Below are positions 1 to 11,630 of a stretch of 64,000 nt of DNA, in pieces. The stretch comes from Mobula birostris (lineage: Eukaryota): positions 189,417,074 through 189,481,073 of the forward strand of contig NC_092374.1 in assembly GCF_030028105.1 (NCBI RefSeq), given 5' to 3'. The notes under the pieces were generated by a model, which was given only the letters and a program-made list of their open reading frames with translations, did no database searches and was not told the DNA's origin. Position numbers and translations under genes: made by a program. The first letter of the stretch is position 1. Every line of letters begins with the position of its first letter.

Positions 1-54
1 ACTACTGTGGCTCTGAATGGAGGTAAAGGAGTATGCAGGTGAGGCATTTCTTTC

Positions 55-430
55 CTTTGCTGGGATAAGCTGCATGCATGGAAATGATTAAACAGTTGAC
101 ATTTCGGGCCGAGACATGTCTTCAGGTCTAGAAAGGAAGGGGGAAGATGCAAGAGTGAAAAGGTGAGGGGTGGGGGAAGGGAAGGACGCTAGCTCGAAGG
201 TGATAGGTAAAGCCAGGATGGAGAAAAAGGAATCTGATAGGAGTGGAGAGCGGACGATTGGAGAAAGGGATGAAAGAAGCGCTTCAGTGGGAGATGATAG
301 GCAGGTGAGGAGATGTGGTAAAAGGCCGGAGTGGGGAATACAAGAAGAGGGAAGGGAGGGGGAAGAGGGAATATAAATGATCGAGATACAAAAAGTGGGA
401 GGGAGGTACAGAAGCCTGAAATCACGCACT
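55..430 (-). mobile_element. Penelope-like element 3' end/pseudo-LTR fragment
   Basis: Reverse complement of the pyrimidine-rich Penelope 3' region seen at 26070-26455 and 56720-57075; includes a degenerate hammerhead core. Confidence 0.65.
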
Positions 431-479
431 AAACGTTCATCCCCGCCGCCATGGACAATGAACCCATATACACGATCTC

Positions 480-780
480 ACTGATTTTTTTTCTTTTTAT
501 TAGGATTTTTCTCTCTGCATGCGTTAAGTATTTAATTTTTGTTGACGGAATTTTATTGTTTTCTGTGGTTTTATTGCATCCGTGGTTTTAAATTATTACG
601 TACTGCAATGTACTGCTACCGCCAAACAACAAATTCCATGACGCAAACTCGAGGAAATCTGCAGATGCTGGAAATTCAAGCAACACACATAAAATGCTGG
701 TGGAACGCAGCAGGCCAGGCAGCATCTACATAGAAATTCCATGACATATGCCAGTGATATTAAAGCTGACTCTGATTCCA
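480..780 (+). mobile_element. L2-like 3' end with a ~91-bp Penelope-end fragment inserted at 643-733
   Basis: Tail ...catgacatatgccagtgatattaaagctgactctgattc; 12-bp direct repeat AAATTCCATGAC at 631-642 and 734-745. Confidence 0.55.
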
Positions 781-2017
781 TTAATACTTCCGCCTGCCTA
801 CAGTCCTCAGCCAAACCACATGGTGGAACGACTTGACAGGAGTTGATAAAACTGAAAGACATACAGAGACTAGTCTCTGTTCCACGGCGTGGGACATGTA
901 CGAGCCCGGAGCGTTTAAACTAGATTGGTGGGGTGTAGTGGGGTGGGTATGGAACACTGAGCTGGAGCACGTTATTCGTAAAGCAATGACCAGTGAGAAC
1001 AAATTTAGTAATCACGATAGCAAGGGGCAGAGTAAGCAGAGGAAATAAATACTCACTTAAATTACATTTATTTCAATGCACGAGGCTTAACAGGCGCATG
1101 GGGAAACTCAGAGAATGATTGGCTCTGAGGAATGGGATTTCGTGGTCGTAACAGAAACATGCGGAGAGATGGGTAGGTCTGGTAGGTCAACGTTCCAAGA
1201 CAGAGGTAAAACAAAGGAATAGGTAAGCGAAAAGGGGATGTTGCCTTTTTGTTAATGAAGGACGTAGCATCAGCACTAAAAATTACATCCTTGAGGGATT
1301 GATTGTCCAGTGAAGTCACAAGCCGGGGAGGGACGGGACATTCTACCATACAGCGCCCCCACCCCAGCGGGAATTGCTCGTTGTTGTAACTACAGTGTTG
1401 TATATTAGTAGGTCGTATTTAATTTTCCTGATGTAGTTGGGCCACGCAGAATGTTTAAGAGAAACACAGTGGAATTTACAGAATGTGTGCAGGAAAGTTT
1501 CTTGACTTTATATGGAGAGGGTCTTACTTGGGGCGGTGCAACAGTGAAACCCTTCTAATGGAAAGAAACATGACAAGTATTTGAAGTAGAACTCAGGGAG
1601 TATATGGGCTCCAGTGTCATCATTTTATTAGTTTTAGGATAGTGATGGGAAAAGATAAGACAGTCCACAGTTTAGGATGTTAAACCAGAGCAGGCTTAAT
1701 TTTGAGGAATTAGACAGGATCTGAAAGAGACGGATCCGCTGAGCCGATTTCAAAGGCAAAACAGGGAGGCTTTTAAGAGTATGATATCAAGACTCCATCA
1801 TGTTCCTGTTAGGATAAAGGGCCAATCCAGCAAATACAGGGATCGATGGGTGACGAGTTATTGAGACTCAGGTCATGAAAAAGAAGGAAGTATAAATGGG
1901 GTTTAGGAGCCAGTTCCGTGGATCAAGCTTGCAACATGCTGTCCACGATTGCAGGTGAGGATGTTCACTCACCATATAATTACCCTGTTAGTGTGAGATC
2001 CTGTACAATTACTGGTC

Positions 2018-4170
2018 TTATCAGAATCAAATCAGTTTTCATATCACCTGCATATGTGGTGAAATTTGCTAACTTTACGGCAGCAGTACAATGAGATATA
2101 TGATAAATAAATGTAGAGGAAAAAAACTGAGTTACATTAAGTATACATGTTGTTCGTCCTTCGTCGATGTCGATGAGGATCTCGACAGCATCGTGATGGT
2201 GTCGAGACTAGCGCGTGATTTGGATTTAAGTGAGGGAGAGTTGCGCAGCGTCAGCCTCACTCTCTCTTCCCAATTCCCATCTAGACCCAGTGGCAAGACA
2301 GAGTCGAGACGGCTGGAGATGGGACTAGGCACAGTGGATGACTAGGACGTCTTCTGTGCCTTGTCCCGCTCTACACGTTCCACGACGCTTGCACAGACCG
2401 CCTTCTTGACCGTTGGACCTTCCATTGGTCTCGTCCGCTCAATCCGCCGGAGTCTGTCTTCACATGCTGGGATACACAACTCCCTATCTCACCGAGGGTT
2501 TGAGACCCATCGGCTGCCCTCACCTGGTTTAGCCGGCTTGTCGAAGCCGTTGCCCAGGGCGTGGCCGCTGTCGCATGCAAACAGTTACGAGGAGCCACAG
2601 GTGAGAGCTGAGTGCCAAGTAGGGACCAAAGATGGACAACCCGCCTTGAAAAGGACGCGACATGTTCCCTCACCAGAGGTGCTACCCTCCCTGACACCCC
2701 ATACACCCCAAGTACACATATGGCTATTAAAAAGCGTATGTTGAAATAAGAAGAGCAAAAAAAAAACACAGAAATAAAAAAAAGTAGTGAGATACTGTCC
2801 ATGTGTTGAAAGTCCATTTAGAAATCGGATGGCAGAGGGGAAGAAGGTGTTCCTGAATCGCCGAGCGTGTGCCTTTAGGCTTCTGTATCTCCTTCCCGAT
2901 GGGCGTGGAGGGCATATCCTAAGTGATGGGATTCCTTAATGATGGACGCCGCCTTCTAAAGGTTCCACTCCTTGAGAATGTGTTGGATACTGCCGAAGCT
3001 AGGACCCATGATGAAGCTGACTAATTTTATAAGTTTCTACAACTTCCATTGATTTTGCGCAGTGGCAACGCCCAGCTCCCATACCAGACGGTGAAGCAGT
3101 GAGTCAGGATGCTCTCCACGGTATATTTGAATAGAACTCAATTGAATTGACTTTATTACTTAAATCCTTCATATACATGAGGAGTAAAACGCTCTAAGTT
3201 ACATCTCCGTCTAAATGTGCAGCATGCAATTTATAGTAATTTATAATAAATAGTATGTACAGCAGGCCAGTCAGTATAACATAGAAATACAGTGTGTCAG
3301 CATGAATTAAGCAGTCTGATGGCCTTGTGGAAGAAGCTGTCCCCGAGCCTGATGGTCCTGGCGTTTATGCTGCGGTACTGTTTCCTGGATGGTAACAGCT
3401 AGAACAGTTTGTGGCTGGGGTGACTCGGGCCTCAAATGATCCTTCGGGCCCTTTTTACATACCTGTCTTTGTAAATGTTCTGAATAGTGGGAACTTCATA
3501 TCTACGGATGCGCTGGGCTGTCTGCACCACTCTCTGCAGAGTCCTGTCATTGAGGGAAGTACAATTCCCATACCAGGCAGTGATGCCGCCAGTTGGGATG
3601 CTCTCAATTGTGCCCCTATAGAAAGTTCTTAGGATTTGGGGGCCCATAATAAATTTCTCCATCCGTCTGAGGTGAAAGAGACACTGCTGTGTACAGCCGG
3701 TGTGTACAGATCACGTGAGATCCACATGAGATTTGTAGAAGTTTTCCAGTGTTTTAGCTGACAAACTAAATTTATATGACATATTGCCGTTATCTTGCCT
3801 TCTATAAAGCTGCATCATTATGTTGCGTACAGGTTAGGTCCTCAGATATATTGACACCCAGGAATTTGAAGTTACTCACTCTCTGCACATCTGATCCCTT
3901 TATGAGGATTGGATTGTGTTCCCCTTATTTTAACCTTTCTGAATTCCAAAATCAGCTCTTTGGTCTTGCTGATGTTGAATATAAGGTTGTTGCTGTCACA
4001 CTACTCAAGTAACGGGTACATTTCACTCCTGTACGCACTTCCGTCACCATGTGAAACAGTGGTTGTATCATCAGCGACTTTATAGATGGCATTTGAGCTA
4101 TGCCTAGTCACACAGTCACACAGTTAGAGAGACTAGAGCAGTGGGCTAAGCACACATTCCTGTGATGCGT
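2018..4170 (-). mobile_element. L2-clade LINE 3' fragments (two pieces; the first is split by the RTE-like insert)
   Basis: ORF 3432-3662 (TIESIPTGGITAWYGNC...LQRVVQTAQRI) is typical of the L2 ORF2 C-terminus; (TCAAT)-like tail at ~3135. Confidence 0.75.
2149..2709 (-). mobile_element. Short RTE-related non-autonomous retroelement
   Basis: The minus strand ends in gagagtgaggctgacgctgcgcaactctccctcacttaaatccaaatcacgcgc, resembling RTE/MAR1-type 3' ends as recalled; 10-bp TSD aagta(t/c)acat at 2139-2148 and 2710-2719. Confidence 0.6.
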
Positions 4171-4282
4171 CCTTTCATACTTCTTTCATGTTTCCCCGCC
4201 CGTTCCTGTGCTCATTCGATCGAACGCAACCACTAAACCGAGAGTAACCAGTTTTAATGACAATCTTCGCTTCACAGAAGAC

Positions 4283-4343
4283 ATGGCCAAGAGTGGTTCT
4301 GGTATCGTCACGATTATCTGTCCGTTGCTGAACGATTCGAGAG
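4283..4343 (+). CDS. Gene A exon 1, signal-peptide exon MAKSGSGIVTIICPLLNDSR
   Basis: gaagacATGGCC start context is shared with gene B exon 1; phase-1 donor G|GTGGGA; lies in a CpG-rich patch; 9 nt shorter than the gene B exon. Confidence 0.75.
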
Positions 4344-4912
4344 GTGGGATCACGCCTTAATCCGGTGGGGGAAGGTGCTGAAGGGGATAAACGCTGAGAC
4401 CGAGGCGGGGGTGAGGGGTGGCTACAAGGTGCTTCTGTTGCTCTGTCTTTGCCCGTGCGTTGAATTTCCATCTCGATCATTTTTTACGATGTCTTTTCCT
4501 GCCCAGTTCTCTTAAGCAAGCAAGTATCTTGTGGAGGCGAGTTTCTTTATTTATTTACCTGAACCACGTTTGCCGTTGCATATCGGGGGCCGGGGTGCGG
4601 AGGAGACTTTCCGTACGGACCTTCGGTGCCTGACTGAGGGAAATGATTTGCTTCTCAGGCCACCGCGATCACGCGGTGGCGCTCGGAGTAGAGCGTGCAG
4701 CCATTTAATAATCTAAACGTGCAGAATAAATAAATAACTAAATAAACCAGGGGTTGCGTTATAGCGTAGGAGCAAAATCACTCGGTCTATATATACGGAG
4801 CTGCAAACTGCGTCTCTGCAATATGCTTAATTTCAAAGTAAGTCATTTTTTGTAAAACATGTCATGGAGAACATTAAGTTAGTGTGAACAGATTATCATT
4901 TCGACCTTAGAT

Positions 4913-7900
4913 CCATAGAACAACACTACGCCTACAGGCCCTTTGGCCCAAAATGTCGTGCCGAACTTTTAGACCATAACACCATAAGACGTAGGAGGAG
5001 TATCAGGCCATTTGGCCCATCGAATCTGCTCCATCATTCAATCATGGCTGATTCTATTTCCCCAACTCTCCAGCCTCCTCGTCGTAACCTTTGATGCCGT
5101 GCCCAATCAAGAATCTATCAAGCTCTGCCTTAAATACACCCAACGACCTGACCTCCAAAGGTGTCTTTGGTAATAAATTTCATAAATTCACCACCTCTGA
5201 CTGAAGAAATTTTATACACATCTCTGTTTTAAATGGACAGACCTCTCTTAAAACTGTGCTCTCTTGGCCTAGATTCCCCCAGCATGGGAAACATCCTTTC
5301 CACGTCTACTCTGTCAAGCGAGTACAGGCCCAGAGCCATCAAACGTTCCTCATATGATAACCCTTTCATTCCTGAAATCATACTTGTGAACCTCCTCTGA
5401 ACCCTCTCCAATGCCAGCATATCTTTTCTTAGATGAGGAGACTAAAACTGGTGAGGCCTCACTGGTGCCTTATAAAGCCTCAGCATCACATTCTTGTTTT
5501 TGTATTCTAGACTTCTTGAAATGAATGCTAATATTGCACTTGCCTTCCTCACCACCAACTCTACCTGCAAGCTAACCTTTAGGGTGTTCTGCAGAAGGAC
5601 TTCCAAGGTACTCTGCATCTCAGATCTTTGGATTTTCTCCCCATTTAGAAAATAGTCTGCGCATTTACTTCGACTACCAAAGGGCATGAGCATTCATTTT
5701 CCAACATTGTATTTCATTTGCCACTCACTTGCTCATTCTCCTCATCAGTGCAATTCTGCATTAGCTTACCTGTTTCTGAAACTCTACCTGCCCCTCCACC
5801 AATCTTCATATCATCTGTAAACTTGGCAATGAAGTCATTTATTCCAGCATCTAAATCATTGATATGCAGCATGAAAAGAAGTGGTCACAACAGCGATCCC
5901 CTTGAAACACCATTGTTCACTGGTAGCCAACCAGACAAGGATCCTTATATTCCCACTCACCATCTCCTACCAATTAGCCAATGCTCTAAATATGCCAGTA
6001 ACTTTCCCGTAATGCAAATGGCAGTTAACTTGGTAAGCAGCCTTATGTGCGACACCTTGTCAAAGGCCGTCAGAAAGTCCAAATATATAACATCCTCTGC
6101 ATTCCTATTATCTATTCTATGTGTAATCTCCACAAAGAACTCCAACAGGTTTGTCAGGCAAGATTATCCCTGAAGGAAACCATGCTGATTTTGTCCTATC
6201 TTGTCCTGTGTCACCAAGTACTCCATAAGCTGATCCTTACCAATTGAATCCAACATCTTCCCAACCACTGGGGTCAGGCTACCTGGTCTATAATTTCCTT
6301 TCTGCTGCCTTCTTCAATTTTTTAAAGTGTGGATTGACACCTGCAGATTTTCCAGTCCTCCAGCACTATGCCAGAGTTCAATGACTTTTGAAAGATCATT
6401 AATAATGCCTCCACTATCTCTACCACTACCTCTTTTAGAACCCTAGGGTTTTCCCGAGTGACTTATGTACCCCTAGGTTTTTCAGCTTTTTGAGCACTTT
6501 TCCCCTTGTAATAGTTACTGTACTGACTTCTCTTCTCTCATACCCTTCAACATCTGGCACACTGCCACTGTCTTCCAAAGTGAAGATTGATGCAAAATGC
6601 TTATTTAGTTCATCCTCCATCTCATTGGCCCCTGTTATTATTTCTCTGGCCTCATTTTCTGGTGGTCCTCTATCCACTCTCATCTGTTTTATTCTTTAGA
6701 TACTTGAAAAAGCTTTTACTATCCATTTTGTACTGTTTGCTCACTTGATTTCATATTTCATTTTTCTCCCTCCTAATGATTTTTTTAGTTGCTCTCTGTT
6801 GGGTTTTAAACCTTTCCGTTCCTCTGTCTTCTCACAAATTTCTGCTTTGTTGTATGCCCTCTGTTTTGCTTTTACATTAGCTTTTACTTCCTTTGTCAGC
6901 CACTGCTGGACTATTTTCCCATTTGAGTATTGTTTGTTTTTGGAATACATCTATCCTGCACCTTCCTTATTTTGCCCAGAAACTCACACCATTGTGGATC
7001 TGCTGTCGTCCCTGCCAACAACTACTTCCAAGTTACTTTGGTCAACTCCACTCTCATATCGCTGTACTTTCCTTTACTCCACAGAAATACCGCAAGGTCA
7101 GAATTTGCTTTCTCCCTATCAACTTCCAAGTTGAACTCAGTCATATTGTGATCACTGCCTCCCCTAAGGGTTCTTTTACCTTAATTCCCCTAATCACTTC
7201 TGGTTCATTACATAGCACCCAATTCAGTACAGCTGATGCCCTAGTAGGTTTAATGACGAACTGCTCTATCTCATAGGCATTCAACAAACTCACTCTCTTG
7301 GGATCCATTTCCAACCTGATTTTCCCAATTGAGCTGCATGTTGAAATTTCCCATGACTATCATAATATTACTCTTTGACAGAAGAACATAACATAAGAAA
7401 TAGGAGCAGGAGTAGGCCACCTGGCCTATCAAGCCTGCTCCACCATTCAATAAGACCTGGCTGATCCGGCCGTGGACTCATCTCCACTGACCTGCCTTTT
7501 CCCCATAACCCTTAATTCACCTTCTAGGCTAAAATCTATCCACGCTTGCCTTAACTATATTTACTGAGGTAGCCTCCACTGCTTCATTGGCCAGAGGATT
7601 CCACAGATTCAGCACTCTCTAGGAAAAGCAGTTCCTCCTCATCTCTGTCCTAAATATACTCCCCAAATTCTTGAGGCTATATCCCCTAGTTCTAGTCTTA
7701 CCTACCAATGGAATCAACTTTCTTGCCTCCATCCTGTCTATCCTTTTCATAATTTTATATGTTTCTTTAAGACCTCCTCTCATTCTTCTGAATTCCAGTG
7801 AGTACAGTCCCAGGTGACACAATCTCTCCACATAGTCTAACCCCCTCATCTCTGGAATCAACCTGGTGAACATCGTCTGCACTACCACCAAAGCCAGTAT

Positions 7901-8810
7901 ATCCTTCCTCAAATAAGGAGACCAGAACCGCATGCGGTACTCCAGGTGCAGCTTCACCAGTACCCTGTACAGTTGCAGCATAACCTCCCTGTTCTTAAGT
8001 TCAAACCCTCTAGCAATGATGGCTAACATTTCATTCGCCTTCCTGGTAGCTACTGCACCTGCAAACCAGCTTTGTGTGATTCATGCAAATTGCCCTTTTT
8101 GACACGCCTCTTCTATTTCCTGTTGTCCACATTCCAGCTGCTGTTGGGAGGCTTGTCATCAGGGGCCCTTTACCCTTGCAGTTTCTTTATTCAACTGACA
8201 AGGACGCAATGTTTTCCAATCCCATGTCACATCTTTCTACTGATTTGATGCCATTCTTTACCAGCAGAGCCAAGCCACCCTCTCTGACGACCTTCTTATC
8301 CCTCTGGTACAATGAGTAACCTTGGAGATACAGCTCCCAACTACAACCATCCTTCAGCCACAATTCAATGATGGGCACAACATCATACCCTACAATCCAT
8401 AAAAGTGCAACAAGGTCATCCACCTTATTTCTTATACTTCATGTATTGAGATATAACATTTTGAGTATTGTATTTGCTACCCTTTTTGAATCTGCAAAAG
8501 CCAAAAAAAAGCAGGCTGCAGTTATATTTTATCATCTGCCTGCCCTTCCTGATAGTCTGACTAAATGCTATCTTTGCTTTTTTACCATCTGTCTTATCCT
8601 GAGTCCCATCACTCTGATTCCCACCCTGACCCTCCCTAACTGCTCTGACAAACCAGCCCATGAGAATATTGGTTCGCCTCAGATTCAGGTGCAACCTAAC
8701 ACTTTTGAACCGGTCATAGCTCCCCCAGAAGAGATCGCAATGACCCAAAAAAACTGAAGCCCTGTCACCTGCACCAGCTCTCACCCATACATTAATTTGC
8801 CAAATCATCC
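4913..8810 (-). mobile_element. Composite of degenerate CR1 LINE ORF2 fragments (RT and APE endonuclease) in gene A intron 1
   Basis: Motifs LDFLTAFDKV, LERVQRRFT, HLEY...FWSPYLRKD and IELWLKDG..WEL, with frameshifts and stops. Confidence 0.9.
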
Positions 8811-8829
8811 TGTTGCTACCCTCATTGGC

Positions 8830-9210
8830 GCTGGAGTTTAGAAGACAAAGGAGATCTCATTGAAATTATTGAAAGGCTTAGATAGAGCGAACATGAAGAG
8901 GATGCTTCCTACAATGGGACAGTCTAGGATCATGGGGCACAGCTTCAGAGTGGAAGGACATCCCTTGGGAACAGAGATGAGTAGGGATTTTCTTTAGCCA
9001 GTGGGTGGTTAACCTGTGGAATTCATTGCTACAAACGGTTGTGGAGGCCAAATCACTGTGTAGATTTAAAGCAGAGGTTGAGATGTTCTTGTTTAGTAAG
9101 GGTATCAAAGGTTATCGGGAGAGGGCAGGAGAATGGGGTTGAAAGGGGTAATAAATCAGCCATGATGGAATGGCGGAGCAGACTCTATGGGCTGAACTGC
9201 CCAGTTCTGG
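8830..9210 (+). mobile_element. CR1 3' fragment
   Basis: agagtggaaggacatccctt...gggtggttaacctgtggaattc...gggctgaactgcc, matching the 3' ends of other CR1 copies in the window. Confidence 0.75.
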
Positions 9211-9997
9211 TGAATATTCACAAGACTCCTCGGAATATTCACATACTTTTGGGTCAAAATATTTTGCCTGGTTGGTAAACACTTGAGTACAGAAACCTAA
9301 GACTCTCAAAGTTAGTGTTGTGTGGTTGACTCTAGGTACACAAATCCCAATTATTGATTGCATCACAGAACATGTCTAATGCCTGTTTTGATGTAGGCCA
9401 ATTTACACGAGACTGATGCTTGTAATTTGGCAGTTTCACATGGGAATGAATCATGGTTGTCAGTATTAATGGCAATGCTTCTGTATCATAAACTTCATAC
9501 TTGGTTAGCAGCTGCCTTGCCCTAACAGACCCCACTGTTGACACCCTGAACAGAAACCTGTCCCAAGAAGTTTGAACTGGTTTCAGGTTACTTGGACTGC
9601 AAAGTCCCTTTACTATGGATCACTGTGTATACACAGCCTTGCATGAAGCATGACTTTCCTATGAGAAATCCACTTTCCTGCTTCAATTGTCTTCCTCCTC
9701 GGTCATTAGATATGATGTGTGCCTTTAACATTCAAGTAGTTTGCATCGTTATGTGGCATTTGACAGGAAACTGACACAATGGATCAGAGAATGGTGAAGG
9801 ATTGGTACAGGGTTGGTACAGGAAAATGGCACCGAGGTAAAAATAAAAAGCACCCCCTCTACGTGTGGTGTTGTTCCGACGTGTCTCCTTCTCCTTGTCC
9901 CAGAGCTGTGAAGACGCCATATAATGAAACTATGGACACCAACACATTGAAATTAATGACTCTAATGACATGTCCTTCTGTTTTATTTCTGGCAGAG

Positions 9998-10306
9998 CTG
10001 ATGGGAATCCAGCTACTCATCGTGTGGTGAATGGGGCACTGGGACAGTCAGTCACTTTGCCAGGAACTGTGCCAGAAGAAAACATTTCAGTCATTACTTG
10101 GGACTACATAAATACATCTAATCAAAAAAAGATTCAATTATGTGAGAAATATCAAAACAATCCAATAAAGTGTTACACAGAGAGGATTACGTTAAACCCG
10201 AAGGACTATAGCCTGGAAATACAGAACCTAGCAGACAGTGACGAAAGTTTCTATGCAAGGGCAGGTGTGGATGTCCATGAAGAAGTGACAAAACTGCAAA
10301 TTCATG
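9998..10306 (+). CDS. Gene A exon 2, IgV-like N-terminal domain (DGNPATHRVVNGALGQSVTL...DESFY...KLQIHG)
   Basis: ORF 9970-10320 has V-set hallmarks (G-Q-S-V-T-L, W in strand C, YSLEIQNL, D-x-x-x-Y) and a phase-1 donor G|GTAATA at 10307. The 5' boundary is uncertain because the ancestral AG is mutated; the in-frame acceptor is GAG 9995-9997. Confidence 0.85.
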
Positions 10307-11342
10307 GTAATATAATTTAAATTATAATATAAATTCTGATCTAACTTCTTTTAAGCAGACAAAGATGAAAGGGGAGATGTTTGTGGTCTGAGCTGAAGCC
10401 TATGGGGGGACACAAGGCAGAGGGAATACTGAACCTCTGCACAGATGCAGCACTTGTTCATTATGGAACCAGTCAGAAGCACTGTCTGTTTAAATACTGA
10501 TGGCAGGAAAACGGATTGCTCCTTTTATGGAAGGAACCTTAAGACACCAGACCTGGTGTAGATGATCTCTTACAGCAGGGATTCTCAACCTTTCTTATGC
10601 TATGAACAAATTCCATGAAGAAGAGGTCCCTGGATGCCAGCATGAAAACCTGTTTCTAAAGATGAATGTCTAGCTGCCACGTTTATATTTATTCTTTTGT
10701 CCCAGAATCCAAAATGTTCACTGGTGGGGGCTGGGGGAGGAAGTATGCCAACAGCATTAACCTCTCATTCTGGTAAAAGAACCCAGGTAGAACATAGATT
10801 ACATGGGTAAGGAATGTTACTGGTATTCACAAAGCCATTTACGCAAGTTCTGTTTTGGTGTCCTTGCCTGAAACTTGGTTCACAGGAATTCTAGGCAAAT
10901 TCTGGCTGTCTGGTGCTTGGGATGGACAGAATTGAGTACACCTTTATTCTTTACAGCTTAGAAGAATGAGATGTAATCTCACTGAATTTAAGAAATAAAT
11001 CTAAGAGGTCTTACTGTTGTGGATACATAGGGCTATCTTCCCAGCGTAATAATGCTTGATTCAGAATAAAGTTTGGGTTACTCAGGATGGAAATAGAAAG
11101 CGTGAGGTTGATAAATATTTGGTATGTTCTTCTCTAGAAGACAGAGGAGCCTTAATTATTCAACATTAAAGTAGATAGATGTTTTGTATATTAGAAGAAT
11201 TTAGGATAGTGTAAAAGTGTGATTGATGAATGGCAGAGCAGGTTTTTCCTAGCTCTACATCATAAGAGCTCATGAGAGGCTCATGGCTATTACCTACTTG
11301 TTGTCAAACCATTTTCTTTATTTGTGTTTTTCTTATAAACAG

Positions 11343-11630
11343 AAAGCATGTCGAAACCCATAATAAATACCGTCCAATTCAACTCAGATGAGGTATGTAA
11401 CATAAGCTTGCATTGTTTACTGGAGCGTGGCACAGAGCCAGCTTACACTTGGTGGACAGGAGATATTGAGGTCACGGCTGATGGGTCACATGTGCTGACT
11501 GATGGAGGGAGAAGACTGGAATTGTCCTTAAGGCTGAATGATAACACAGTGTACAACTGCACAGTGAGGAACCCTGTCAGCGAGGCATCTTCAAGTATGG
11601 ATGTCGGAAGGCCCTGTCTAGTCACAGAAG
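11343..11630 (+). CDS. Gene A exon 3, SLAM/CD48-type IgC2 domain
   Basis: Acceptor tttttcttataaacAG at 11341-11342; ESMSKP...CNISLHC...YTW...YNCTVRNPVS...PCLVTE; phase-1 donor AAG|GTGGGT. Confidence 0.9.
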
